A stretch of 64,000 nt of DNA from assembly GCA_977016875.1 (NCBI GenBank), contig CDRNST010000126.1, positions 868,001 to 932,000 of the forward strand, in the 5' to 3' direction. Below are positions 1 through 21,501 of the stretch, piece by piece; the stretch's first letter is position 1; every line of letters starts with the position of its first letter. The stretch is from Pavona decussata (Eukaryota). The position numbers were made by a program, and so were the translations under genes. The notes beneath the pieces were generated by a model, which worked only from the letters and a program-made list of their open reading frames with translations, was not told the DNA's origin and made no database searches.

Positions 1-380
1 GCTGCGATTGATCTGCTAACATTCATTTAAGAGCCAGCATGATTGTGAATGAGCTGAAATTATGGTGGTGTCTTTTCTATCTCCTGCATGTCAAGAGAGT
101 CATCATTATCATTTCCAACTGAATAGTTAGACATCAATGGCAAACAATTCAAGCTTACCAGGGTAGGTGGAATAATAGATCTGATAGATATATAATGCTT
201 GCATTTTTAAACTATACAGTCATGAACCTTCAATTTTTAGTCACTATTGCCCTTAATCCAAAAATGATGAATGCTTTCATTGGTTATTCAACTAAACCAT
301 GTTTCCATGTCTTCAAAAACCCTTCCAAACTCCAAGTAATGCAATGCTCAAAACTAACTGCAATATTTTATTTAACTTAC

Positions 381-3300
381 TTGAATCCTGGTGTCATTAC
401 AGTTCCCCCAATAAGAACTATGTTTTCTGCCAATGGTTTTCTTGTATCAATAGGACACTACAGAGCAAGCAGAAAAAAATTTCAATACACGGGAATAATG
501 AACCTGCAATCTGAAATTTGAGCACTAGGACTGATCTGATCAAGTTCACTCTACCACCATGAACATGCTCATGTCAGGTGAATGTCCTATCCAGATACAT
601 GTAAGCACTGCAGAGCTCTCTTGTCACACGTGAGACTACCTGAAACCTAGCAGTCAATGTTCATGGAGGAAACAGCTCACTTTGTGAGGAAGAGGCAGCC
701 TGGGGTGAGAGTGGGTGTGCATTCAACTATGCACTCCTTGTGGGTGACACCCTAAATTGTGCATGCCAAGTCATATGCATGCATGCAAGCTTAAAAAAAT
801 ATTTTTTGCACCAGGGTGTGCAACTTTGTCACTCTGGTTCATTCTGTAACTTGCACCTCTCAATAATGCACCTGGTTGCATTTCCCATTCCCCATTAATT
901 ATGGCCCAAGAAAAACTAAACCGAAGAGGAATAAGTGAAGTTGAAAATACTTATTACTAATATTTTTTAAACTTGTTCATAGCTTGTAAGGACAGTAGTT
1001 TGGTTTGTTATTATCACCCACCATCTAAAGCTAAGTTCAATAATCATTGGTCCACAATTTCTAACTATACATGTACCTTGAGAAGTGAATCCAACAAACA
1101 GGTTGCAATGGATTTTTCTTCATCATCACCATCAAACAGAATGTCAAATGTCTGCTCTCTGCAAAAAAGTAACATACTGATAACATGTATCTGTATATAC
1201 ACATGTACAATTATTAAATGTTCATTGTAGGAAAATACTATTCAGTAGCTCTGATTAATATGATCACATTTTATGATTTCATCCAGAGGCCAAAAAGGAT
1301 AGAACTGGCGGTGGCGGTTCTTAATGACTTCACACAGGGAGGCCCCACCCGTAGGTTAAATTCCTTCCCTTTCACTCAATTACTCACTTTTACTGAAATG
1401 GTAGCCCTTTCATGTATGGAAAACACTAAACTGTACCCTTTCTTATTCCTCAAAATATAAGCAGCAGGTAAATAAAAGAGCTCATTTTTGTGAAGCAAAA
1501 TAATGTATACTAATGACAGTTATGTTTGATTTTTACAGTGCAATGAACTCAACCGGGGCCACCCAACATTGACCAGTCAGTCACAGTTTACGTTAACAAC
1601 AAAGGAGTGTCTGGCTTTGGTAGTTTGTAAACCAATTAAAAACGAGAACATTTCAAAGTGTCGGTGCCAAGTTTTTTATACTGGACTAATTGTCTTATAA
1701 TTCCTACAATAACACTTTTGGCTAACAGTCTGTTTTTGTGAGCCTTTACATGTAAAATACTAAACTTTTAAATTTCGCCACCCTTTTGCACGCTGTAAGG
1801 GTGAAAAACACACTATTTTTGGGTGGAGCCCCCAGAATATCCCTGACCCAGTAGGTCTGCACACGTTCTACATGCAAGCTCTTGCTATTTTCACTGGACC
1901 CTCAGTAACCGACAGTTCTATTGTTTTATGTCTAATTAATAACACAACTGTTTTGTTGTTCCTTTTTAATGTTTAGTTCTCTCAATATGACATGTGCACA
2001 CTGCCCCAAATAATTCTGTTTATGGAACATCCTGTACTGGGGTTAAAGTGCCCTTGAATAAGTACACTGAAGGGAATGATCACACTTATTGTAAGGAATT
2101 CATGCTAAGAATAAGAACCACCTTGTAGCCAGGGCATAACAAAGAGCACCAAAGTAAAGAGCCTGTATCCCCTCTGGGGACCTGATGGAAGGTTTATCTT
2201 AACCCACCAGGGATATGACAGGGAATTTTTTCTTTAGGCTGAAAGCCATGGCCACTCTACAACGAGCTACACAAAGGCAGCTGTAGGTGGTTTTGGTAAA
2301 ATTCAGCCATAATATTAACACTGTGATATCTTTGCCCAATCCAAAGATTATGGAATACCATTTATACCAAACCACCTAAAACAACTTAAGGACAAGTTTA
2401 GACAAGAAATTATACATGAGTTGCTTATTAATATTTATAGAGATTTTGAAGGACAGAGATGAACATCTAAATCCATCCTCTTAATTCTTCAAAAAATCAA
2501 TTACATTTACTTAAAATAATTATTGCTTGTAAAAGTGACATAACGAACCTTCAGTATCTTTGCTTTGGTTTTCCTGAACTTTTCTTTAATCTGAGTGTAT
2601 ACTATTTAATTTAATATCACCAATTAATTTACTTATTATTTTATTTGACTTTTAAAAATATTTGAAGGGCAGCGTGCATGACCATCTCACGTCAAATTTT
2701 ACGCTGATTTTTTGCTTTACTCAAGTGTCTCAATTTTTGGATGTGGCTTTATATTTCAATTTTGTCAGAGAACATCACTCTGTGCACTGAGGTGACAATG
2801 TGGTGCTATTGTAGGTTGCTTTTCAAAGTTCTTCATTCTTAATCCTTTTTACCTTATTTGCCCTTCAATTCTGATTATCCTTCCTCCATCAAGAGGATAA
2901 TCCACTTTTGGCACCAGTGATGCTGGACGCTGTTCTCCTTCAGGACAACTGAACTTTGGTGCCACAAAACAAGTGCGCACTAAATGGAACAAACAACAAA
3001 CCCAAACAATCAAAAATACTTGGAATACTGAAAACTACAGACAATTTCATGTGAATATTTGCCTCTATTTTATATTCATACACAGTCAAAAAAAATCTCC
3101 TTACGGTTAGTGGATATCTACAGTATATCAATCCTTCCCAATGTGATATCAAAGGGATGACAACAAAAGACACTACATCTAAGAAAATTTATTCAAGTTG
3201 GTACCAACACTGTCTAAAAATAATTATACAGTCAACTCCCTTTATTGTGGACACCCTCGAGCTCATGACTGCAAGTTAGATAGAGTCCTTAATAGCAAGA

Positions 3301-6300
3301 GTCTATGATAGCAAAACTCAACACAATTCTACACACCTTTTATGTCTTCCAAAGTCTCACTTGTAAGGGAGCCTGTGAAGAATATAAACCGGACAGTGCC
3401 ATGAAACATTAAGAAAAACTTCTTCAATAAAATAATCAAATCTAGCTTAGCATACCTTTGCTGTTAAGATATTGAAAAGGACAAACCAAAGAAGTCTCAT
3501 GGGTACCCACCTACTTAGAATCTCAAACCATCCTAATTCTTAAATTAATGAAACCACTGGCGTACACCATAAGATGCACATGCATGAGTTGTTAGAAATC
3601 TAATCAAACTCTCTTTCTACTGTTTGATACAGGTTCTCAAAGAGGTGTTCAATCTAATGAAGAGTATCATGTTTTGTCTCATTATCCCTGTTGATGCTGC
3701 TGTTAGGTGAAGTCTTACATGCTGGATAGGAGCAGCTTACTTACTCATGACTGACGACAGAGGTTTTATTCCTGTTTCTATTTGAACAAGGCTTCTTTCC
3801 ATTAGCTGCTCCTCCAGGTGCCTGATAAAAATATAAATAAACATTGACAACAGATACTAGATAAATTTCTCAAATCATCAATATCAAATCTCAAATCAAA
3901 TCATCCATGAAGAAAAAACAAAGGAAATCACTACCGCTAACGGTAACCGTGAAGAACGTGAACGACGGTTGTCATAAATCTTGACGCACTTTTGCTTTGA
4001 AATTCTCCAATTAGAATTATTAATGGTTTGAGAAGCTATATCAAACACTTGAAAGAGTGGTTCCTCTGATCTCCAAATACCTCAAAGTTGGTTTAAAAAA
4101 CACGGCTGTGCGTCGTTTTTTTCAAACCACTTCTTGGTGTTTGGAAATTGGATGAAACACTTCCTCCTCTGATATATTACTTCAGCTTGTGAATGCGCAT
4201 TTTTCAACTGCCGTCCTCTGATCTTTTACAGCATGAAAATTACGAGTGGTAGGCAAGTTACAATCTGAATATTCAGTTGTCACGCTGGGCACACAATGGC
4301 AATATGCCATCCACCTACTCCAACGCCTATCCTGTAGCATAAATGCACATGCTGTTATCGTTCCGGTGTTGAAGTTCTCATCTCTTCCACCCCACCCATG
4401 AACAAATGTATGGCAGCTACCAGGCTTTGTTAAATTCTCAGCCAGCCGTTGTTTTTAAAATTTATATCACAAATTGAAGAGGAAACCACCATTTCTGTGT
4501 GGTTTTCTAAGCTATAATATTATTACTGTACAGCTTTTTATGTTTCATAATTATTTCCCTTTTTCCTTGTACCAAATGAAAAAATCACAAGGAAAAATAT
4601 GGCAGAAATCACTCAAAAAATGCTCTTGGTCTTGCGATAACAGTGGTAGGTTCTTTCAAGTAGACAGAAACACTATTTTGTGATACAAAATTCCATCTTA
4701 CTTGTGAATAGCTTTTGATCCAAGGGGAATTGTTTCAACAGCTTTCAGAATAGCAGTCCCTTCATAGACGTGACGTCACAAGCAACAGTGAGTCAAGAAA
4801 AATAATTGAACTCAGCTGCAAAAATCACACTTAAATTAAAAATTAAACGAAAAAGACTTCTTCTTTTAAGAATGCCGAGGCATCTACAGGAATTATTATG
4901 AGTGGCTGTATTACTGTTAATAATTTTTATAAACTACCAACTGATGCAAGGCTACTGAAGTTGAGGTGCCTTAAGTTTGATTTGAAGAGTGAAAGGATAT
5001 TGGTAACACTACAGTCTCTGTGTAGCCACAGTCCATGATGAGGCCTGAAGGAACTCCAAGGGTAAATAAAGCCAAGAGGTGATGAGGTGCAAATAAGACT
5101 GATGGCACCTAGTGATGGACAAAAACAAATACATTGTTATTGAGGTGGAGATAAAAGGGTTCTCCCGAAATTTTGGAGTAGAAAGCAGAGGAATTTATAA
5201 AGGCGTGTAAGTGCCTTCCATGCGCCTCTGGCTCGCTCGTATTTTGCACCTGTTATGTTGTCTAATATGGAGTGCTTTTCGTCGGTAACCGCTGCCTCGC
5301 AATCTGAGCCTGTTTCGTTTGCTGAACATTTGACAATCTCGTCCCCAGAGCCCGCTTATCTTTTGGTCAGCACCAAGGGTAACGAAGGCTCTGGGTACGA
5401 GATTGAACATTTGATTGACGTCTGCGAGCAGATTCAAGCGATGGTGTGGCGAAATCCTCGACGAAACTCTCAAGTTTATTCAGTCAAAAACATTTTTTTA
5501 CCCAAGGGAAAGTAGGCGTCGCAAATGGAAAGGTTGCCTTTGGATGAAAAAAAAGTATTTATTTATTTTTTTAAATTGGATCTGAGTAGCCGGCGCGCCA
5601 AGGACGACTAGCCGGCGATTTTCGCCGGTTGGCGGGGCTTACGGAGATCTCTGGAGATAAATACCTCCTACTGACTGAGTTTGAGGTCTGACTGTTATAT
5701 GGACCAAGTTTTCCCCCCTTAATTTATGGCCCTAGCGCGAAGTGCGCAGGCCATAAATCAACGGAAAAAAAATGAGGATCTGTACCTTACAGTATGGACT
5801 GAGAAAGCAAGGTTAGTAAGATATTAATTTTAATTATTATTAATATCTCTCAGGTTAATCGGGTACGCTGGAAAGGGAACTTTCAAATTTAGTGGGGCAG
5901 TATGTAGTGAAATATGGCCAGCAAAATTGACCAATCACACCGTGCATACTAACTGAGAGATAAAATAATGCTGGTTATGAGCTTTTACTATCATGCTACT
6001 AGTAAGGGAACTGGTTGTAACAAGTTTGTTGGAAGAGGACCCACCTTGAATTGTCTGGGGTAGGGGGGTTATTGAAGACACCACCTATCTCATGAACATT
6101 ACCGACAAAATTATTGGCTTTAAAATTTAAGTTGATGGAGAAATAATCAACTACAGTGTAGCAAGAGTCAGCATTGGTGGATAAACAAGAAAAGTGAGGT
6201 TTGAATCTCAAATTCTCATTTTTACTTTTGGACAAAGGGGTGGCTAATTGCAATAAAGACACCATCTTTTGAGGTCGAGGAAGGGGGGGAGGCAGAGACC

Positions 6301-8705
6301 ACCATCTATTTTGTGGTTTGGTGGGTCCTGTTTGAATATAGTGGTTTTGACCACTTCCCTCGAGCACACATGCCATGAAAGTGGCAGCATGAAGTGTCAG
6401 AGGTTGTCCTAAAATGTGCAGAACAAGAAGGGTATTCTGTACAACCCTATTGATTTTCTTGGCCGTATAAAACAAGAAAGAGACATTAGGAGGCATGCTC
6501 CTCTGTTGCCTGCAATGGGTAACTTTTATTAATCAAGATTCTTCTCCACAAATATTAAACAAATCTGAATTTTATTACCTCAAAATGTCGGAAAAGGACT
6601 TTAGCAATGACATTCCTCCAGAGAGTAGAGCAAAGAACAGACTCACAGATAACCACCCGTCTGTCTCGAGGGTTCACAAGAAGGTATCTGAAGCAATAAA
6701 AGAAAGTATTACAGTAACTCAAGGGTTCATTAAGGCTTTGAAACAAACTTGCAAATAGTGCAAAAACAACTTATAGTTTGCAGCTATCTCACTTATGATG
6801 AAAAAATTAGTATATACTCTTGTGCAATCATGTATTATATTACTGCAATGTGCAACCTATACAATATATTATTGTGATACATCAGACTATTTTTAATGTA
6901 GTATGCCAACTAACCGGAAGTATATTTGATGAAGAAAGTCTCTTAAGATTGCATACAGTTCATCAGGATGTCTGTCTTGTTCATCAGCAATAATACTGAC
7001 TGTTTCTGTCTGTAAAGGAAAAAAGTGACAATCAAATTAATTTAAAAATGCCAATGTTCAAGGCAGAGAGTTGAGAGTGGCAACATTTTAAAGATTCTTA
7101 AAGATTGTTGTGGCTGTGTTTCAAGAACCTTTTCCTATGTACATCTACATTACACTGTCTGGCCTGCCCAATCTTGGCAATTTTTTTTTGAACTTCATGT
7201 AAAACATATGAACTCTGAAGCTCAAGACACAACCTTTTGTTCCATTTTTCACTGCCGTCAATCTTCAAAGGTTTGACTCTTGCTGAGAGAATTTGGTTTT
7301 CTTTTTCCAAGTACATGCATGCCTGTGGTAAGGGTGACTATATGGAGGTTTAGGATTAGGGTAAGGGTTATGTGGGTGACTATATGGTATCTTACCATGA
7401 ATTACTTGTCAGAGTTTAATATGTTTTCATCATTAAACTGAGTTGATATACCTGTCCATTGATTGTGTGTGTTAGTACACTGCGAATAATATGACGAGGA
7501 CTTGTCTCCGAAGCAAAACCACACCTGAAATGGCAATAGCAGACACATACTAAGTCTTGAAGGACATTTTTAAAAATAAATAATAAAATCAAATAATTTA
7601 TTTTTAAAAATACAATTTTCAAACTTAAGTATGACAACATACAGAGTAGCATTAAAGCAATTATAAATTGTTTCAATATTACTCTGTATGTAAATTGTAT
7701 TCTAATTTGCACACTTACATGTAGAAATGCATATTATCGTCATCATTATTATCAAAATCACCTTGTTAACAACTGGCCAGTTTCCAGATTGTTCTATTGG
7801 GTTTAATTAATTATTTAGAGACATGCAAAAATTAATGATAAAAACCGACGTTTCGGTGTCTTCATGACGCAGGAGCCCACTACCCATGACGCCATTGTCA
7901 AGGAGAGTCTGCGGCAAGGTGTAACAATAAATTAGCATATAGTGTTTAAGGCTAATTAAGTAAATACTTTTGCGCGAATAGAGTCGTTTTACACGTTCAG
8001 AGTGGGTTTTAGGTCTCTGTAATTTTTTATTTCTCCTTGACAATGGCGTCATGAAGACACCGAAACGTCGGTTTTTATTGTTAATTTTTGCATGTCTCTG
8101 CATTACCAAATCTTTATTGATAATTAATTATGTTTATGCTTTAATGATTTACTCCAAAAAGAGTTCACACTTTGGTTACACCAGGTTCTGTAATTGAACA
8201 CAATTGAACTCTAACTAAATTGTTTTGGTTTGGTTGAATTTGATTGCTGGAAATCAAACATTTGACTGTGTTCAATTAGGTTAGAGTAAGGTCGATTAGT
8301 TAGGTTGGGTACACCTTCAGTTCAAAAAAGTTGAAATATGATCTACATGTATGCATGAGTACGTACTCCTGTTATTGATCTATCTACCCATGCCCAAAAG
8401 CACTCTTTAAAGGATTCCTTCTGACGGCAACAGACATGTTTGATTCCAAACGTATACCTTTATACTATACGTTCTTGAGGAATGTAAAATGCTTCAAGTC
8501 TAAAAAACACCTTAATCTTATGAAAAAAGCTATTTTAAAAAGCTCAAGCTTGTAATATAAGTTTCCATGTATTAAAAGGCATTATCTCTATCTCCATTCT
8601 TACATATTAGATATGATCGCAACCTTACTTTGTATAGGCCGCTCCAATATCAATAACAACAGCGTGTTTCTCTCCCCCAAGTCCAATAACGTCAAACAAA
8701 GGCAT
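381..8705 (-). CDS. ACTR10: Actin-related protein 10 (Arp11, dynactin pointed-end subunit); 3' end lies outside the window
   Basis: Phase-consistent exons (-): 8705-8629 [26 protein letters not shown]; 7524-7452 [13 protein letters not shown]; 7009-6915 [16 protein letters not shown]; 6687-6579 [19 protein letters not shown]; 5108-5001 [29 protein letters not shown]; 4769-4702 [23 protein letters not shown]; 3821-3745; 3372-3337 LEDIK; 2979-2853 [14 protein letters not shown]; 1158-1077; 457-381 [18 protein letters not shown]. These match the ACTR10 sequence I recall ([32 protein letters not shown]). Confidence 0.96.
4770..5000 (-). other. U12-type (minor spliceosome) AT-AC intron, ACTR10 intron 5
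   Basis: On the - strand it starts ATATCCTTTC, has a branch-point-like TTTTCTTGAC (4801-4792) ~23 nt before the end, and ends in AC. The flanking exons join in frame as ..VVLP|VYEG.. Confidence 0.93.
7817..8099. repeat. Inverted repeat of a Penelope-like terminal fragment (hairpin) in ACTR10 intron 1
   Basis: Arms ~7817-7906 and 8032-8099 are reverse complements; the left arm carries a 22-nt insert with CATGACGC duplicated. The core TTGACAATGGCGTCATGAAGACACCGAAACGTCGG resembles PLE-associated minimal hammerhead motifs. Confidence 0.6.
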
Positions 8706-8976
8706 TATTTCTCTGTCACTTCCTGAAAAAGTAGAATGTTTTAAGACCTTTCATTCTAAAACTACATGGAGCATCCTTCTATCCTTCGCAGTTGCCACGA
8801 AAACGAGGCAAGTCACAAAAGTAAGTCAGCGGTCTCATCCATTAGTCGCTTGTTTCCGGTTGAAAAATAGGTTCCGGTTGTATCCAGTCTCCTCTCTGAA
8901 TGTACTTTCCCTCTAGATTTCCGGTTGTGACTGCCCCTCTCCTGCCCATCCAGAAACCGGCTCTTTCGAAATCAAA
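8706..8976. promoter_or_regulatory. Probable bidirectional promoter ACTR10/RBKS
   Basis: Only 271 bp between the divergent ATGs. TTCCGGTTG occurs three times (8854, 8872, 8919; ETS-like CCGGAA core). A YY1-like CAAAATGGCG overlaps the RBKS ATG. Confidence 0.7.
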
Positions 8977-17103
<8,127 letters not shown>

Positions 17104-18002
17104 ATCTCATATTTAGCCATTCCCAAAAAATTAATAAATAAATATCTCTGTGAATTATGTAATTTTCAATTGGCATGTAAAGCAGCTTATGGAGTGTTTT
17201 ATTTTTGTTGATGCAAATATTGGTTGAAAAAGGTTTGTTTGTGACAAACTTCATGGCTGTTGCAGGGAATAGACTTTTTTTCCCTAAAATTGCCACCCTA
17301 GGTAGAGGAGAAGATGCAAGGTCTGATGTTCTTGCATCTTGTACCCTTTGAACTCCTGAACCTTTCATCTCCACCTCTTTTTCTGTTCACTATTACCAAA
17401 ATAAGTCTTCAACATTTTCAGATCTTGCCCAGCCCCTGCAATAAAAAAAAATGTCATTTTATCGCTTCTTCTGCTCACCTTTTGTTGTCCCTTGTTTCTC
17501 TTGGGAATCCACCCCATACAAATAATTATATTATCATGGATATTTGTACTATGAATGTTTATTAACAAACATTGGCAATTTTGTTTCCCAACTGGATCTT
17601 GTAAGATCTATTGTTGGAATGACATGTAAGAAGGATAAATATTATTTTTTGTAAAGTTGATTGGCATGTAAGTAAATGTGTATGATAATGCTTATTAGTT
17701 TTTTTTCTGGAATATTCTTCGTCGTACTGATCTTTAAGATCCACTAAGTGTTCATTGTTTACGACGGGTAAATCTGACACCTATGGTGACTGAGCCTTCA
17801 CTTTTGTGGCCCAGAAAATATGGATTTACTTAATTCCAGAGGACGTAAAACTAGCAAAGACTACATGTACAGTGTACGCAGTCATTTAAAGCCAAATTTA
17901 AGACTTTGAATTCTTTTTTTGAGGATGTTTCTGTCAGCCACCATTTCAGAACTTTTTTTTCTCATTTGGTTTTAAATAGGTTTTGCCTTTAAAGAAATCT
18001 CT

Positions 18003-18179
18003 AATAGGCCATTTCCGAGTTGCTGTGAACCTCACTATGAAAGCGAGGCTAAGTGCAAAACTTTTCATATGAAAATTAGATTTGTTTGCGCACGAATGAA
18101 AACTAATTTTCATAACAAAAGCTTTGCACTTAACCTCGCTTTCACAATGAGGTTCAAAGCAACTCGGAAATGGCGTATT
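18003..18179. mobile_element. Palindromic MITE
   Basis: TIR AATAGGCCATTTCCGAGTTGC.. / ..GCAACTCGGAAATGGCGTATT; a partial second copy lies at ~26558-26720. Confidence 0.7.
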
Positions 18180-19828
18180 ATAGTAAATGTAATGCAAATG
18201 TGCCCCATAAGAATGTAATTATTATTATTACAAAATATTTTATTAATAAGGGTTATTCCATGAGCATGCATTACGACAGTATGAGGTGATGGATAGCTCT
18301 GAGTTGGCTACAATCATCTCATATCCAAGAAAAGCAAGTGGAATAATAATTTATTATTTTATGAAAAAAAAAAAGAAAAAGAAACTTCCAACAAAAATGT
18401 TGCTAGTTGTAGCTGACTTCATTTTAAAGAACGCCCAGAAGACGATTTGATGGCTTCTTTTTCTCTTGCACGGTATATTGGTATGAAATTGCAATATATG
18501 ATGTTATATTCTATGAAATGTTTTTACTTTCCTGCTCTCAGTTGAAATGTGTAACATAATGCAATATGCTGCACCTAAAGGCACTGTTATTCTACAGTAG
18601 GCAATTTTAATTTTCTTGCAACAGTTACTTGTCTTGAAATTTCAGTGCACCTTTGTGACACAAGTTGCATGAAATGTTGTATAGTTATATACCCTGAAAT
18701 GAACATGTCTCGCATGATTTCTGCTGCTGCAGTCACCATTGCACAAAGTAGAACTGACTTCTACTTCTCACAAGGATTGTGGCAACAAGACAAGATCATT
18801 TCAGGGCATGTTACACTAGCTAACAACTTGTGGCATCCCGAAATTACGAGGCAAGTTTCAAGAAAAATTGCCAGTGTAACAGCACCTTAAAAGTAGTATT
18901 TCTTAGTTGTCATTTGAACAGGGTTATTTGAGTGGGATGAAACAGAAAACATACTTGTTGAAAAGTGATGCGAGTGATGTCGGCTCCAAAGCATGCTTGC
19001 AGCAAAATATTTCAATGACGATATTTAATTTATAGTTTACACAGAAGCCATTATTTGGCTCTCAAAGCCCACAGCTTTCCTGAAGCTTTGTTCTCAGAGA
19101 ACTGTTTACTCTTCAGATTACATGTGCACGACAAGTTTGTTTACTGGACTTTCTTTAAATTTCGTTTTCATGGAGACTTCTCATGACAGTTTCTCTTTGC
19201 TGGTTTGGTTTACAAATACTAGTCTGATCATTTGTATTAGTCTTGCTTGATGAAAGCTTGGAAGATCACCAAGGTCTTGTGACCATACAAGCTTCTATTG
19301 TGTTGAAATCACTAACCAAGCCTAAGAGTTGGGTGATGTTGGGTTCATTTAGAACATGCACAAGGCAATGGATAAAGGCATCAAACTGATATTAAGTGAT
19401 TTTAACCTGCAGTCAAACAAACATCCAGTAAAACAACTGTTCTCATGTTCTCTAAGAAAGTTTAATTTCATTCTTTGGAAGTACCAGTACATCCATAACT
19501 TGAAGGGTGAACTTTTATCGGACAAAGGCGTTGGAAAAAGCTGCTAGTTGAGTATGAAATTCACACCTACAATTACACTGTAGCAGCCGAGAGTAAAGCA
19601 TTGTAGAACTATGTATTTACATGACTTGTACATGTCAGAAGGGAAGGAGAACACAGTTCAAACATTTTCTTGGTTTTACAAATCTTGTTGTCTGTGGTCT
19701 CTTCATGATGGCTATCTGCACAGTGTAGGCGCGCATGACTTGGTTACAAAATTCCTTCGTTCTTTACAGCTTGTCTTTTAAATTACATTGTCTTTGTTTT
19801 GATCATGGCGAGAGCTTCATGTTCTTGA

Positions 19829-21246
19829 CTATTTTCCCTTCTTGACCTTTTGCTCCACAAAAAGCACATGCTTGTTCACTGTAGAGGAGACAAATGAATA
19901 TAATATCAGACACAAAGGTACACTACTTCTTGTTCTTTGATATTAGGGGTTAAAGGGTTAATGAACCTACCAACGGGGTCATATTTCATGAACTCCAGTG
20001 GACGAGTTTTGAGTCTGCTCCTTGTCATCATGTAATAGTAACCTGTCCCAGCCATGCTGACAAGCCTAACAATCAGTCTTCTGTAGAAGGAAACAAAAGA
20101 GCAATTAAAACACTAAAATATAAATAACAATTAACCTGTGGTGGCATTTTGATGTTCGAATGTCATAATCAAGCAGAGAATGACAATGAAATCTGAATAA
20201 ATTTATAAATACTGTCCAAGTCACATTCTTTTGATCTCTGTTTAAAGTGCCTATGAAGTAAAAAATTTCTTGTTCTAATATGATAGTTTATTATTTTCTG
20301 ATTCTTAATATGTAGGTTTTAGGCGGTAAAACATTCACTACGCAGAATAAATCGGACCGAAAGTTTTAAATTTGGCGCCTAAAAGTGTCTCCATCTTACC
20401 CACGGCCAAAACAATCGTATTACAAAGCTGTGACGTAGGAAATACTTCAGAAGTGAGAAATAAACAACTCTTTGAGGCATTTGCGACGTCCCTAGCATTG
20501 TCCTGAGCAAAGGCTCATTCCCAGTCCATGGGACACGATTTAGTGAAGCTCTGGTACAGCGCACCTAGTCTGGACAGGGCCAAACAGGTCTGCTGAGCTG
20601 ATTGATGGCAACGTTGGTTGGTTGGATCTTGAACTTCAGAGTCCGCATGTTATTGAAAGTCACAGTAACTAATTTGCCCAATTTCCACCAAATTTTCATA
20701 TCTGACTGAATCCTGGGTGAATTTTTGCATATTGTTCAACCAATCTGTTACTGATATTATAGAAACTGAATGAATAGTGGCGATTTTGCGGAAAAATTTG
20801 GGAAGGTCAATCTTCTTTTACGTGGGGGAGGGGCTGGGTCGATTTGGGCCACTTTGGGAGACGAATTGGGCGGGGGGGGGGGGGGGGGGTCAAAAGAAAA
20901 AATCTCAAGATTTCAGATCTCCAGAGGTTAGCATCCCTGACAATGTATACACTGATGGAGACCGCATCATGATGTACTGAAATGAATGGATGGCTAACAG
21001 ATCCTACATTATTAGCGATCTTCTTCGATTTTGTCAAAATACCAGTAATCAGCAATCTGGCCAACACATGCAGCAGATAAGGACCCGTTGATATTAAATT
21101 AGCGTTAATTAATATTGTTACACACTTACTTTGTTTTTGCTTTTGCCACTGCAAGTAAAAAAAAAAAGAGGAAATTAGTAAAGGAACTGTATCCTAAAAC
21201 CTAACTGAGAGAACATCTTCCAGAAAACATGAACATGAAGCTCACT
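19829..21246 (-). CDS. MRPL33: Mitochondrial ribosomal protein L33 (bL33m), 59 aa; absent from the ORF track
   Basis: Exons (-): 21246 (last base of exon 1, the A of ATG), 21148-21130 (19 nt), 20080-19971, 19878-19829, giving MAKAKTKRLIVRLVSMAGTGYYYMMTRSRLKTRPLEFMKYDPVVNKHVLFVEQKVKKGK. L33 signatures are LVS.AGTG.YY and KYDPVV.KHVLF.E. All introns are GT-AG. The choice of first exon is less certain than the other three. Confidence 0.93.
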
Positions 21247-21501
21247 TTTCAGCGTCTTTCCTGCTTGCAAGAAAAGAAGATGGCTGTCGTCGTTATGTCA
21301 TGTAACGATCACGAAACGTCTTGTTTTTGGCGTACCGCAAAGGATGGTGGGTTATCCGGCGAAAGTGTTTCAAATATGGCGCTACTCTTGAAATTGTTTT
21401 CATTGAAAGTTTTCTTATTTCACAGAAGAAAATGGGGCAATCGAAACCAAGTGAACGGTTGATGCTGTGTAAAAACAAGCAATTACTTCAATCAATTGGG
21501 A
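21247..21501. promoter_or_regulatory. Probable bidirectional promoter MRPL33/MLH3
   Basis: ~255 bp between the divergent starts; CpG-containing; YY1-like AAGATGGCTG (~21277) and AATATGGCG (~21373). Confidence 0.65.

Noticed and set aside
3456-3460. Possible 5-nt microexon (aacag|CAAAG|gtatgc) in ACTR10 intron 7
   Set aside because: Including it frameshifts the conserved downstream LEDIK exon; exons 7 and 8 join in frame without it.
5999-6496. 165-aa minus-strand ORF in ACTR10 intron 4
   Set aside because: No recognisable motif, no place in the ACTR10 alignment, and typical intronic composition.
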